64,000 nucleotides of DNA, from the NCBI GenBank assembly GCA_030390025.1, contig CM059425.1, forward strand, positions 169,324,001-169,388,000, written 5' to 3'. Position numbers and translations under genes: made by a program. The DNA comes from Squalus acanthias. Lineage: Eukaryota. How positions within the stretch are numbered: position 1 is the first letter of the stretch; the number at the start of each line of letters is the position of its first letter. The notes under the pieces were generated by a model that did no database searches, was not told the origin of the DNA, and saw nothing but the letters and a program-made list of their open reading frames with translations. Of the stretch, positions 34,518 through 47,209 are shown one piece after another.

Positions 34518-35468
34518 AGCTGCTTCATCAATGACCTTCCCTCCAACATAAGGTCAGAAATGGGGATGTTCGCTGATAACTGCACAGTGTTCAGCGCCAT
34601 TCGCAACTCCACAGATAATGAAGCAGTCCATGCCCGCATGCAACAAGACCTGGACGACGTTCAGGCTTGGGCTGATAAGTGGCAGGTAACATTCGCGTCA
34701 CAGAAGTGCCAGGCAATGACTATCTCCAACAAGCGAGAGTCTAACCACCTCCCCTTGACATTCAATGGCATTACCATCGCCAAATCCCCCACTATCAACA
34801 TCCTAGGGGTCACCATTAACCAGAAACTTAACTGGACCAGCCACATAAATACTGTGGCAACAAGAGCAGGTCAGAGGCTAGGTATTCTGCGGCGAGTGTC
34901 TCACCTCCTGACTCCCCAAAGCCTTTCCACCATCTACAAGGCACAAGTAAGGAGTGTGATGGAATACTCTCCACTTGCCTGGATGAGTGCAGCTCCAACA
35001 ACACTCAAGAAGCTCGACACCATCCAGGACAAAGCAGCCCACTTGATTGGCACCCCATCCACCACCTTAAACATTCACTCCCTCCACCACCGGCATACCG
35101 TGGCTGCAGTGCATCTACAAGGTGCACTGCAGCAACTCGCCAAGGCTTCTTCGGCAGCACCTCCCAAACCCGCGACCTCTTCCACCTAGAAGACAAGGGC
35201 AGCAGGTGCATGGGAACACCACCACCTCCAAGTTCCCGTCCAAGTCACACACCATTCTGACTTAGAAGTATATCGCCAATCCTTCATCGTCGCTGGGTCA
35301 AAATCCTGGAACTCCCTACCTAACAGCACTGTGGGAGTACCATCACCACACGGACTGCAGCGGTTCAAGAAGGCGGCTCACCACCTCCTTCTCAAGGGCA
35401 ACTAGGGATGGGCAATAAATGCTGGCATTGCCAGCGACACCCTGATCCCATAAACAAATTTTTAAAAA
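34518..35468 (+). mobile_element. CR1-group LINE (second family) 3' fragment
   Basis: MFADNC, WADKWQVTF, YKAQVRSVMEY; A-rich tail. Confidence 0.85.
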
Positions 35469-35477
35469 GTTATCTAC

Positions 35478-37226
35478 ATATACTTCTAAGTCAGGATGGT
35501 GTGTGATTTGGAGGGGAACTTGCAGGTGGTGGTGTTCCCATGCGCCTGCTGCCCTTGTCCTTCTAGGTGGAAGAGGTCGCGGGTTTGGGAGGCGCTGCCA
35601 AAGAAGCCTTAGCGAGTTGCTGCAGCGCATCTTGTAGATGGTACACACTGCAGCCACGGTACGCCGGTGGTGGAGGGAGTGAATGTTTAAGGTAGTGGAT
35701 AGGGTGCCAATCAAACGGGCTGCTTTGTCCTGGATGGTGTCGAGCTTCTTGAGTGTTGTTGGAGCTGCACTCATCCAGGCAAGTGTCGAGTATTCCATCA
35801 CACTCCTTACTTGTGCCTTGTAGATGGTGGAAAGGCTTTGGGGAGTCAGGAGGTGAGACACTCACCGCAGAATACCTAGCCTCTGACCTGCTCTTGTTGC
35901 CACAGTATTTATGTATCTGGTCCAGTTAAATTTCTGGCGTTGAATGTCAAGGGGAGGTGGTTAGGCTCTCGCTTGTTGGAGATAGTGATTGCCTGGCACT
36001 TCTGTGGCGCGAATGTTACCTGCCACTTATCAGCCCAAGCCTGAAAGTCATCCGGGTCTTGTTGCTTGCAGGCATGGACTGCTTCATTATCTGAGGAGTT
36101 GTGAATGGCACTGAACACTGTGCAGTCATCAGCAAACATCTCCATTTCTGACCTTATGTTGGAGGGAAGGTCATTGATGAAGCAGCTTAAGGTGGTTGGG
36201 CCTAGGACACTGCCCTGAGGAACTCCTGCAGCGATGGCCTGGAGCTGTGATGATTGACCTCAATCACCACAGCCATCTTCCTTTGTGCTGGGTATGACTC
36301 CAGCCAGTGGAGCGGTTTCCCCTGGTTCCCATTGACTTCAGTTTTACTAGGGCTCCTTGATGCTACACTCGGTCAAATGCTGCCTTGATGTCAAGGGCAG
36401 TCACTCTCACCTCACCTCTGGAATTCAGCTCCTTTGTCCATGTTTGGACCAAGGCTGTAATGTGGTCTGGAGCCGAGTGGTCTTGGCAGAACCCAAACTG
36501 GGCATCAGTGAGCAGGGTATTGGTGAGTAAGTGCCGCTTGATAGCACTGTCGATGACGCCTTCCATCACTTTGCTGATGATTGAGAGTAGACTGATGGGG
36601 CGGTAATTGGCTGGGTTGGATTTGTCCTGCTTTTTGTGGACAGGACATACCTGGGCAGTTTTCCACATTGTTGGATAGATGCCAGTGTTGTAGCTGTACT
36701 GGAACAGCTAGAGGCACGGCTAGTTCTGGAGCACAAGTCTTCAGCACGATAGCCGGGATGTTGTCGGGGCCCATAGCCTTTGCTGTGTCCAGTGCGCTCA
36801 GCCATTTCTTGATATCACGTGGAGTGAATCGAATTGGCTGAAGACTGGCTTCTGTGATGGTGGCGACCTCGGGAGTAGGCCAATATGAATCATCCACTTG
36901 GCACTTCTGGCTGAAGATGGTTGCAAACGCTTCAGCTTTGTCTTTTGCACTCACGTGCTGGGCTCCGCCATCATTGAGGATGGGGATATTCATGGAGCCT
37001 CCTCCTCCCGTTAGTTGTTTAATGGTCAACCACCATTCATGACTGGATGTGGCAGGACTGCAGAGCTTTGATCTGATCCATTGATTGCGGGATCTCTTAG
37101 CTCTGTCTATAGCATGCTGCTTCCGCTTTTTAGCATGCATGTAGTCCTGTGTTGCAGCTTCCCCAGGTTGGCACCTCATTTTTAGATATGCCTGGTGCTG
37201 CTCCCGGCATGCTCTTCTACACTCCT
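35478..37226 (-). mobile_element. Same CR1-group LINE family, RT fragment in inverted orientation
   Basis: KAMGPDNIP, NYRPISLLS, QFGF, LDIKAAFDRV, MFADDC. Confidence 0.88.
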
Positions 37227-37494
37227 ACAGTGAGCTTTGTCTGGCCTTATTTATATATCTGTTTAAAATGATCTCAGTAAAATCCCTTACAACAGCTGTA
37301 TAAGTACAAATAGCAGAATAAGAAAGACGTCTGAACCATGTGTTTTAGCTTTGTCCAATTTTCTCACCTGCTCTCCTCAAGATCTGACTCATGCTGAGGT
37401 ATTGTTCCATAGGTGGCAACCATCCTCTAGTACCTTGCATAAGTGGCCATTCTTCATGTGTGAGCCTTGACACTAGCAGGCTAATTGATTCGCT

Positions 37495-37662
37495 AATAAT
37501 AATTTTAAAAGGGAATTGGAGAAGTACTTGAGGATGAGGAATTTACAGGGTTACGCACAAAAAGCAGGGATGTGGGACTAAGCACGACTGCTCTTTCAAA
37601 GAGCCAGCACAGGCACAATGGGCCGAATGGCCTCCTTCAATCTAACTTTCTATGCTTCTATG
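37495..37662 (+). mobile_element. CR1 3' end fragment
   Basis: GGGCCGAATGGCCTCCT hairpin and TTCTATG tail. Confidence 0.75.
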
Positions 37663-39135
37663 ACCTTGGGGGGCACCATAACCAAACATAATACTCACAC
37701 AACATCCACACACGCACATTTTCCAACAGTATAGAGATCAGATATGGGAACCCTGGCTGATTTTTCACATAAGGAATAGGACAGAGTGCCAACCCTTTGT
37801 GTTATTCAGTACCTCTTGTGCTCATTAATTCACTTCTTAGCAAAGTGCCAGATAAAAGTTTAATATTTTAAACATTGTCCCAGTCTTAATGTCTTAGAGA
37901 AGATCTGAACATCGAGTTGCCTATTCTCTAAATAGGATTTTCTGATAACCTACAAAACAAACTAATTCCTGCTGACCTTATGGATTTTTCTTCCATGAAT
38001 CTACAGAATTCAAATTATTTCCCCCTTTCTTCTGCGAAAGGTTTTTATAATATCAGATGTTGTGGTGAAAATGTCAATGAATTTCCTGAAGGCAGGACGT
38101 GGGACTCATTTTAATTTCAAACTACGTTAACTCTGAGTCGAATCACACCAATTCGAGCAGTTATGAAGGAGAGACATCTTTTATGAAGAATTAAACTTTT
38201 TGATAAGGGCACATTTAACAGTTTCTGCAATACAAATGTACATAGTCGGTTTCACAAATATAATTGAATATACATATTTCTATGAGTAAGTATGACCTTT
38301 ACAAATCTTTAGTTAAAACAAATCTATCAGTCGTTTGAATGATCAGACAGATGCAGGCTGTATCATTAAAGCCTGCATCCTCAATTAGGTTCCACTTAGA
38401 TAACTGAGTAATTTTGCTATTGAATTAACAAGTTTTACTGTCATTTCTGCTGTCTCCAAGCTGCCTTGCTTTGTGTTGGTTGCCAATCGATTTGCGTACT
38501 TTTAAAGGGCACTCTTTGCCAAATATCATTCTACTGTCACCAGCAATCCATTAAATTCATTAATTTTGACAAGAGCAGAATCTGGTTGAAATACATGGTT
38601 TAGTGCAACCGTGCATCAATCGATGAGATGACGAACCTGGCACAGTGCATGCATTCATGTGTTGTAACAGCATTCTTAATAGATGGGCAAACACATTTGT
38701 TGTCCAAGGCGTTGTTGAATTCTGTTTGTCAGATATGGCACAGACACGAATTACTTCTGCATTTTTAGCACGAATCAGTTACGTAGTGGGGACATTAGAA
38801 TGAACACTTTGTCAGTCACAGGACTATGACACTATTTGAGGCACTTAGTAAAAACATTTTGGAAAACAAGAGTAATGACCAAAGAGCTTCCCATTCAGTG
38901 CTGCACATCCTTGACATGGCTTCAAGTAAAAATGTACTAATTTGATTATCAGTGATACATAGAGAAATTAATAGCTGAGGCAAGAAATTCTACATAAGAT
39001 ACCAATGAAAATGAACCCTTCCCAATGAAAAATTGTAGTTATGGGATGGGCAAATAACTGTTAAATTAACTTGTGACAATTATTCAGCTCTGTCTAACAC
39101 TTCTGTGCATCTATTTATATCTATAAAAATGTTAT

Positions 39136-39840
39136 GGGAATTTTAACACCCTTAGGACGGGCGGTAGAGGGTTGGGTGTGTGTGGTTAAATCTGTAAATA
39201 TGTGAAACCTGACCCTAACCCACCGTGAACGCGCCTACTTCCATTTTAACCGTGTCGGGTTTGGGGGCGTCCAAGTACCCTGCTCTGGAGAGGCGGGTCC
39301 ATCATTATAATATGTTAATCAAGCTCATTTCCTTAAATTTTATGGCTGGCCGGCCGGGTTTCCGAGGGCTCGAGAAACCCAGCAGCTAAAGGAAGGCGGG
39401 AGCAGCAGGATCCAGCTTTTTTAGAGCACTGCTTGTGGGCCAGGAGGAGCAGGAGTGCTTCCCCCACCCCCTCAAGCAAATCCTCTGCCGTGACTGCCTG
39501 TGATCGGCCACACCACCCCCCCGCCCCCACCACCTCCAAATCCGTGATCTCTCCCAGTCCCCACTCCCTCCTGATTGCAGGTCCAAACTTTCCCCCTCCC
39601 CCCCGCCACCAACCCCACGATCCTGGTCCCCGGCTGCAGCCTTCTACCGCTGGCTTTCCCGCCTGGCAGCTGGCCAGCTTTTCAATCTGGCTGGCTGCTG
39701 GGCAGGAAACGGAGTAAAAAAATTATAATGAGATCCTGCCGTTAAATTTGGCAGGATCGCCACATTCCTGACATTTTTGGGTTTCCCGTCCACAAACAAG
39801 TGCCTCCGCTCCCTTCCTGCCTCTCTGTAAATATCGGGCC
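39136..39840. mobile_element. GC-rich MITE, Harbinger-like termini
   Basis: ATTTTAACACCC start similar to 19287; TAAATATCGGGCC end. Confidence 0.5.
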
Positions 39841-40009
39841 GTTGTGTCTAGCACATGTTTTTCTATCACACTCCAGACATCACACGTAAGGCCAGTCGAT
39901 TAATGCTGGGTACTTCTGTCTCAAGCCAAAACTGACAAGCATTTTCCAATCTTTACAGTTCCCTCAAAAAACAACAATTAACTGCTTATTGACCAGAGGC
40001 TGTGTTTAC

Positions 40010-40800
40010 TTTTGTTTTCATTAGTTCTGGGAATGTGGGCAATGCTGGCAAGACTGCATTTATTAACCATCCTTTGTTGCCCTTGGAAGGTGGTGGTGGG
40101 GATTCTCCTTGAACTGCTCTAGTCCTTGTGCTGATAATGTTTCCATAATGGTGTTATGTAGAGAATTCCAGGATTTAAATGCCTTGGGTTTGAGGTGGCT
40201 TTGTGTGCCCTTGTGCTGGGTTATGAGATGGCCCAACAACTCGTTTGCGGAAGTGGGGCTGATTGTTCCGATCTATTTGTTGGCACATCTACTGTCATTG
40301 AGTTGGAGGGGGTAGGGAGACTGTGGGATAGTACCGATGCAGCATTACTCTGAATGACAGCACCTCATTTATTTATCCTTTGTTCTCAGCATACGGATGA
40401 TGTTGGTAATGCTGCATTTATTGCCCATCTCTAGTTGCCCTGGGATGGTGGTGTTGGGCCATCTGCTTGAACTGATGATGATACTTCCACAATGATGTTA
40501 CGTAAGGAATACCAGGATTTTGAACTAGGGCTGCGATGACTGACCTGAGCCAACAGCATCCATCTTTCATTGTGTCAGTTATGACTCCAGCCACTCGAAG
40601 GTTTTCCCCTTTTATGCTGATTAATCTCAGTTTTGCCCGGGCTCCTTGGTGCCATACTCAGTCAACTACTGCCTTGATGTTGAGGACAGCAGCTTTCACC
40701 TCTCCTCTGCCATTTAACTCTTGCGTCTATGTCTGATTTGAGGTCTGAAGCTGAGTGGTTCTGGCTGAACCCAAAATTGAACATCCATGACACATCGTGG
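40010..40800 (-). mobile_element. Decayed fragments of the second CR1-group LINE family
   Basis: Two 3' tails (GCATTTATT..CCATC..TTGCCC) at ~40020 and ~40380; RT piece 40540-40800 similar to 36250-36500. Confidence 0.65.
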
Positions 40801-40847
40801 GCGATCAGCAGCAGCAGAATTGCATACCGCCATAATCTAGACACGCA

Positions 40848-43431
40848 CGGGGAGAAATTCGTGTGGTTTGCGTCACACGTTAGCGCCACGAGATGGCGCT
40901 AAAATGCCGTTGAGAGCTTTAACGCCACCTGATGCTGGTTCCAGTGCCGCACGCCATATCGGTCCTGCCGGTAGCGCTGCCGCTGAATGCGATCGCTGGG
41001 GACCTCGCCATCACAGAGATCATAATGTCAGTGAGTGTGCAACGTTCACTTGACGCCCGATCTCCCAACTTCGTTACAGCCAATGAATTTACCGGCTGGA
41101 GAAAACAATGACAGCTTCAGGTGGTGGCAGCAGCAGGAAGCCGGCTCCAGCGACGCTATTTAAAGAGAGCATCAGCAATCACTCGGACCTGACAGGTTTT
41201 TGAAGTTTGAGTGGCTCTGTACTACTTCCTGCTACTGCAAGAGTTTTCTTTAGTCATTTAGAGAGTGTTCTGGCAAGTACAAAACTCCATAATTATTTTT
41301 GAAAAGCTTCAACCTACAACACTTGCTAAAAGTCATGGGGGCTGTACTGGCAGTGGACCTCTCCCTCCAGGATCTACGGCAGAGGGAGCGGAGGCAGCGA
41401 GAAAGACAGGAACATGTGCGCAGAGGGAGGAGGAGGGCCTTCAGGGCTCTCAACAGGAGGTCTTACCCTCCGAGGTTCTTCTGACATCATTTCTCATACC
41501 TTCAATTAAATGAGGAGCAGTGTATTAGGAGGCTCCGCTTCACCAAGGAGGTGGTCACAGAACTCCGCCACCTCTTGCAACCAGACCTGCAGCCTCAGAC
41601 CAGGGCGACCACAGCTCTCCCAGTGGCAGTCAAGGTCACCATGGCCCTCAATTTCTTCGCCAATGGATCCTTCCAGTCTGCAGCAGGAGACATATCTGAC
41701 ATCACACAGTTCGCTGTCCATCGCTGCATCTGGGAGGTCATTGAGGCAGGAGAAGGAACTACATTGGCTTCCCGATCACCAGAGAGAAGCAGAACGAGAG
41801 TGCATGTGGCTTTGCCAGGATAGCAGGCTTCCCCATGGTGAAAGGTGTCATTGACTGCACCCACGTGGCGTGGCTTTGCGGGCACTGCATAACAATCCTG
41901 AGATCTTCCGTAACAGTAAAGGCTACCACTCACTTAATGTGCAGATAAGGTGTGTGACCACAGACAGTGAATCCCCAATGTCAATGCCCGCTGTCCTGGC
42001 AGCAGCCATGATGCCTTCATCCTGCGCCAGCACTTTTCCAGCCACCATGTCAAGCTCGCAGGTGGCTGCTCGGAGACAAGGGCTATCCACTCTCCACCTG
42101 GTTCATGACTCCCCACCGCAACCCCAACACTCCTGCCCAGCACTCATATCATGAGAGCCATGCTGCGACCAGGAATATCATCGAGCAGACCATCGGCCTA
42201 CTGAAGCAATGGTTCCGCTGCCTTGACTGCTCGGGAGGAGTACTTGCCGGAGCGGATTGTCCCATTTCGTGGTGGTCTGCTGCATGCTCCACAACTTGGC
42301 CATCATGAGGGCGCAGCCCTTGCCAGCAGGGATTACGGGACCACCTCAGGAGGAAGAAGCGGGATGAGGAGGAAGAGGACAAGGAGGAGGAGGAACAGGA
42401 GAGAGGGCGGAGGCAGTGAAACAATCGGCCTTCCAGATGGGCTGCCCGTGACCGGCTCATCAGACTCCAATTCACATGAATGAGATCCCGTAGCTCACCA
42501 CATCCACATCATACGATCCCTGTCTCATGCCATATCACAGCATCATCCTGGGCACAAAGGTGAAAGGAGAGAGACCACAAAATATTACAAACATAATTAA
42601 TACATTTAGCTATAAGCATATCACACATATCACATGAATTGTAATAAATAATGACCCTCGTTCCTGCCATAGTTGAATAGCTTTCATTGTGTGCAAGGTG
42701 TGAGATGTGGGTGTGTGTGTTGCTAGGTATAGATTGTTAGTAGGTGAGTGCTGGGGGTGTGGTGCATTGAGCAATGTGTGAAGCTTGTGATACAGCTGGT
42801 GGTATGTAGCATTTGTTGAAGCCTTCACTCACCCTGACCACCCGTGTGAGGTCATTAAACTTCTTTCTGCACTGTGTGTGGGTCCTGGGGAGCACAGTGC
42901 TGCCCGTGACGTGGTGTGCCACCTCCCTCCACATAGTCCGGCAGACTTGTGGCGACGGCCTCCTGCCAGTTGGCGGGTACAGGACCGCCCGCCTTCTCTC
43001 CACTGCTAAAACCAATACCTCCAAAGCTTCATCAGAAAACCTCTGGGCTCTCTCCCTGGGGCGGCAATCTGCCATTAGGGTTTGTAATTAAGTGCTACTT
43101 CTCCTTGTCTTTCTTCTTATGGTTGTTGAGGTAGCTGCACACCCAACAATGCTGAAAATGAGGTGCTGCAGCATCGATGAACCTCCCCTTTAATTAGTGA
43201 AAAAAGCCTGTGGCAATCCTTACCTGCATTTAAACTGCCCCCGATATTGGTCCAGCTTTTCAGTGTAACGCCAATGAGCTTGGGTTTTTAGACGCGAATC
43301 ATGACTGCAATCATTTTAATGAGGAGTGAGGATGAATTTTGCGTGCATCCTAGATGATTTTCAGGTGGCACTACTTAACCATTTTTAGTCTAAACACTGC
43401 CCATTTCTTGGCTGTAATGAATTTCTAGCCC
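40848..43431. mobile_element. PIF/Harbinger transposon (transposase + 41335-42480; Myb exon - 42830-43075)
   Basis: TIRs GGGGAGAAATTC / [65 protein letters not shown]. Confidence 0.9.
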
Positions 43432-43565
43432 TCAATGTCTAGGCTCACACCTCAAGGATAGTGACTTGGGTGAGGTCCTGGAGATTGCCCATGGGACAAT
43501 ACCCTGGCATGAGTCAGCATCTTCAGGATAAGAGTGGAGAAAGTTAAGAAAAAAGGAAAGTTATT

Positions 43566-44304
43566 GGGCCGAAAATTGATCCCGGGCGCGAGAGTACGCA
43601 CTGCGTACTCTCGCGTATTCCCACTCCAATTGCCGGTTTTCTGCATGCCTGCGCATGCGCTGAAAACCGGCAATTGCTCTTCAGAAAAGGGGGCGGGTCC
43701 TCGGTGCATCGCGTGCGCGCTACAGGCTGCGCGCACGCTGTGTACTTCATGCTGTGGACGCGCAGGTAAGTACTGAAGATTTTGGAAATGTAAAAAGGAG
43801 GAGTAAGACCCGCTTTTAAGAAGGTAAGTAGTGAATTAAGTATTTTTTTGAATTTTTTTTTACAGGTATATCTTTTTTAGAGACTTTAAAGACAGGTAAG
43901 TTTATTTTTAAAACTTTTTAAAAGATTTTAAATTTTTTCAAAAATTTAATTTTTTATTTAAAATGGTTAATTTAATTAACTATACTTATTTTATTAATGT
44001 GATGGGTTTTTTTTAAATTTAATGAGGTTTAGCTGTTATTTTGGGGGGTGTAAGATTCATAGATTTCACAGCCATGCTGTGAGACTTATGAATGGAAGAT
44101 GGTGTGCTGCCATTGGCTCTAACTGAGTCACGTGATCCCACAGCTCGCACGAATTCACTACGCCGCTGGGATACGCAAGCCCAGCACAGCTGATGTCTGG
44201 AACATCAAGTTCGTGCGAGCTGGATCTGAAAAAGCACAAGCGAGGTGAGACATCGCGGGGAAGGCTTACCCCCGCGGGAACAGAGCGAGATCAATTTCTG
44301 GGCC
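43566..44304. mobile_element. MITE with Harbinger-like TIRs
   Basis: GGGCCGAAAATTGATC / GATCAATTTCTGGGCC termini. Confidence 0.75.
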
Positions 44305-44559
44305 AATGTTTCGATGTACAGTGACATTCAAAAGTACAGTACAATATATTCTGGGATATATAATTTGCCTGTAATTGATTGGGATTATTTCTTTGTAAAC
44401 CTGAAATAATTGTCCCCAGTTCTTTTCTGGAGGCTGCGCCTGGCTACAATGTCGATGCAGTGCACTGGAGCTTTTTGGTGAATTTTCAAATAAAATAATG
44501 TAGACATGTCTTAGGCACGTGAAGTACCTATGATTGGGTACATTCCCATTCGGTGGGAC

Positions 44560-45310
44560 GAGTTTCAGGTGTGCTGCAGGCCTTTAAATCCTGCAGCACC
44601 TTGAAACCACAATGACTTGGTGACTGGAACTTTTTGCTTTGTTGGGTGCAGTTGATCTTCAGTATCATCTTTCCTGCTCATCTTGACCTGCAGTAACATT
44701 ATAGTTGTAAAGAACTTTGTTTGGACTGCTTGTAAAGTGGCAGGGTTAAATTCTGAAGAAAGGATTGCAGGCAACATTAGAGAAAAAGAAACAAGACCTC
44801 CTGCTTTGATGGGAAAGGAACAGAGGTACTGCCTGAGGAAATGGAGCAAAGGAAATGTTCTCTTCACTCACTGAGGCCATAGAGTATCTAAAACTGTGGG
44901 ACAACAAGCTTGGCAGGAGGTGCCACACAGAGTCAAAAGGGCTGATTTTCTTTTTGGGGTCCCCCATGGCTCTTGACAGTTCTAATATACTGGAGTTGCT
45001 GGGTCTGTGAAGACAGATGCCTGCAATTTTCTTGCATGGCCCAGGCACATAGCCACAAAGCCCCAAGACACAATGATCATCTTGAGGAGGAGGGGGATGG
45101 GACATTCATCCGTGTGGAAATCTTCTTTCTTTGGGCTTTCCAGAGATCCCTACAGACTTTCTGGTCTGCAGAAGGTCCCAACACAATCGCCAGGTTTCTT
45201 TGGGCACCTCTTTGTTGGGGTGCACTGGGGCCAGATGCAGCAGCCTTTTCATTTCATCTCCCAGCTCTTCTAACTGCACACATGCCAATTTACAAAACTT
45301 TAAAAAACTG
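44560..45310. mobile_element. Highly decayed Harbinger-like remnant
   Basis: Weak Myb-like AWQEV (+) and transposase-like KETWRLCWDLLQ (-) traces. Confidence 0.3.
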
Positions 45311-45329
45311 ACACACAACTTCAAAAAAC

Positions 45330-46582
45330 TCACTCTTGCCTCTGATTCAGAAGGCTCTGGCTAATCCAGATACTTGAACACATAATCTAGTTGACAAGTT
45401 AGTGCAGTACTGAGGGAGTGCTGCACTGTGGAGGTGTTGTCTTTTGGATGAGATGTCAAGTAGATGCAAAAGATCCCATGGCACTATTCAAAGAAGAGCA
45501 GAGGAGTTGTACTGGTGACCATCTATCCTTCAACCTACATCACTAAAACAGATTATCTAGTCATTTATCTCATTTGTGTTTGTGAGACATTTCAAGGAGG
45601 CTTCAAGGGGATATAGACAGGCTAAGTGAGTGGGCAAGAACATGGCAAATGGAATATAATGTGGAGAAATGTGAAGTTATCCACTTTGGCAGAGTATTTT
45701 TTAAATGGTGAGAGATTGGGAAATGTTGGTGTTCAGAGGGACCTGAGTGTCCTTGTACATGAATCACTGAAAGTTAACATGCAGGCACAGCAAGCAATTA
45801 GGAAAGCAAATGGTATGTTGGCCTTTATTACAAGAGGATTTGAGTACAAGAGTAAAGACATCTTACTGCAATTATATAGGGCCCTGGTGAGACCACACCT
45901 GGAGTATTGCGTACAGTTTTGGTCTCCTTACCTAAGGAAGGATATACTTGCCATAGAGGGAGTGCAACAAAGGTTCACCAGACTGATTCCTGGGATGGGG
46001 GGATTGTCCTATGAGGAGAGATTGAGTAGACTAGGCCTATATTCTCTAGAGTTTAGAAGAATGAGAGGTGATCTCATTGAAATATACAAAATTCTTACAG
46101 GGCTTGACAGAGTAGATGCAGGGAGGATGTTTCCCCTGGCTGGGGAGTCGAGAACCAGGGGTCAAAGTCTCAGAATAAGGGGTTGGCCATTTAGGACTGA
46201 GATGAGGACAAAAAATTCTTCACTCAGAGGGTGGTGAATCTTTGGAATTCTCTACCCCAGAGGGCTGTGGAGGCTCAGTCGTTGAGTAAATTCAAGACAG
46301 AGATCGATAGATTTTTGAATATTAAGGGAATCAAGGGATATGGGGATAGGCAGGAAAGTGGAGATGAGGTAGAAGATCGCCCATGATCTTATTGAATGGC
46401 AGAGCAGGCTCGAAGGGCCAAATGGCCTACTCCTGCTCCTAGTTCTTATGTGTGTATAGTGCCTGCTGTTTTTCCTATATTATATAATGGTGACAACACT
46501 TCAAAAGTACTTAATTGGCTGTAAAGTGCTTGGAACATCCTAAAGATTTGAAAGGAGCTATATAAATGCAAGTTCTATCTTT
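45330..46582 (+). mobile_element. SacSINE1-like SINE split by a CR1 fragment (45330-45590, 46455-46582)
   Basis: CACTCTTGCCTCTGA..GTACTGAGGGAGTGCTGCACTG..AAAAGATCCCATGGCACTATT; tail CTATATAAATGCAAG. Confidence 0.8.
45593..46451 (+). mobile_element. CR1 3' fragment
   Basis: RPHLEYCVQFWSP ORF2 C-terminus; 3' UTR ending TTCTTATG. Confidence 0.9.
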
Positions 46583-47209
46583 AATTACTGTTTTTAACTA
46601 GTATGTGGGACAAATCAGATCCAAACTGAGAGCTCCTGACTCCTTTTTGTCCACTTAATTTAATTGGGAGAATTTGAAAATATCTCAAGAAACCAAACCA
46701 GAGTTAAGCCACAGAGGATTGTCCTAAAAGTCATTATGGACACAGAGAAAATGAAACATGTTGGAGGGCCAGCTATCTCATTAAAAATAAATCCAATTAG
46801 ATTCCAAGTTTTACAGCAGAATCTGCATTTGATAGCTGAGTGATTTTCATCAACAAAACTGAAATTAAAATTCCAACTAAATGAAGCAAAAATGAAAATC
46901 AATCATGAAAGTTAAACTAAAACTGAAGAAACACATTGTCATTCCTGGCAGTCAACTGATATGTGACAGAGCATAACTGTGTGCGCAGCAGACAGAAGGA
47001 GAGGCTGTAAGTAATCTAGACATAGGAGACTTGTTTGATAATGTAGGTAGATTTGAGTTTGATGTGATGAGACTCTGGTTGATGGTCCCTTACACTACTA
47101 AAGAGTCTTCTGGTTCTGATCACAAATCATCGAATAACATTAAAGGGTAAGGGTCAATTGAAAGAAAAGAGAGACGAAGGAAAGCGTTAGAGAGAGAGAC
47201 AGAGACAGA

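Noticed and set aside
46952..47012. Possible host exon (CAG acceptor, GTAAGT donor)
   Set aside because: Stops in all three frames; no support beyond splice-like motifs
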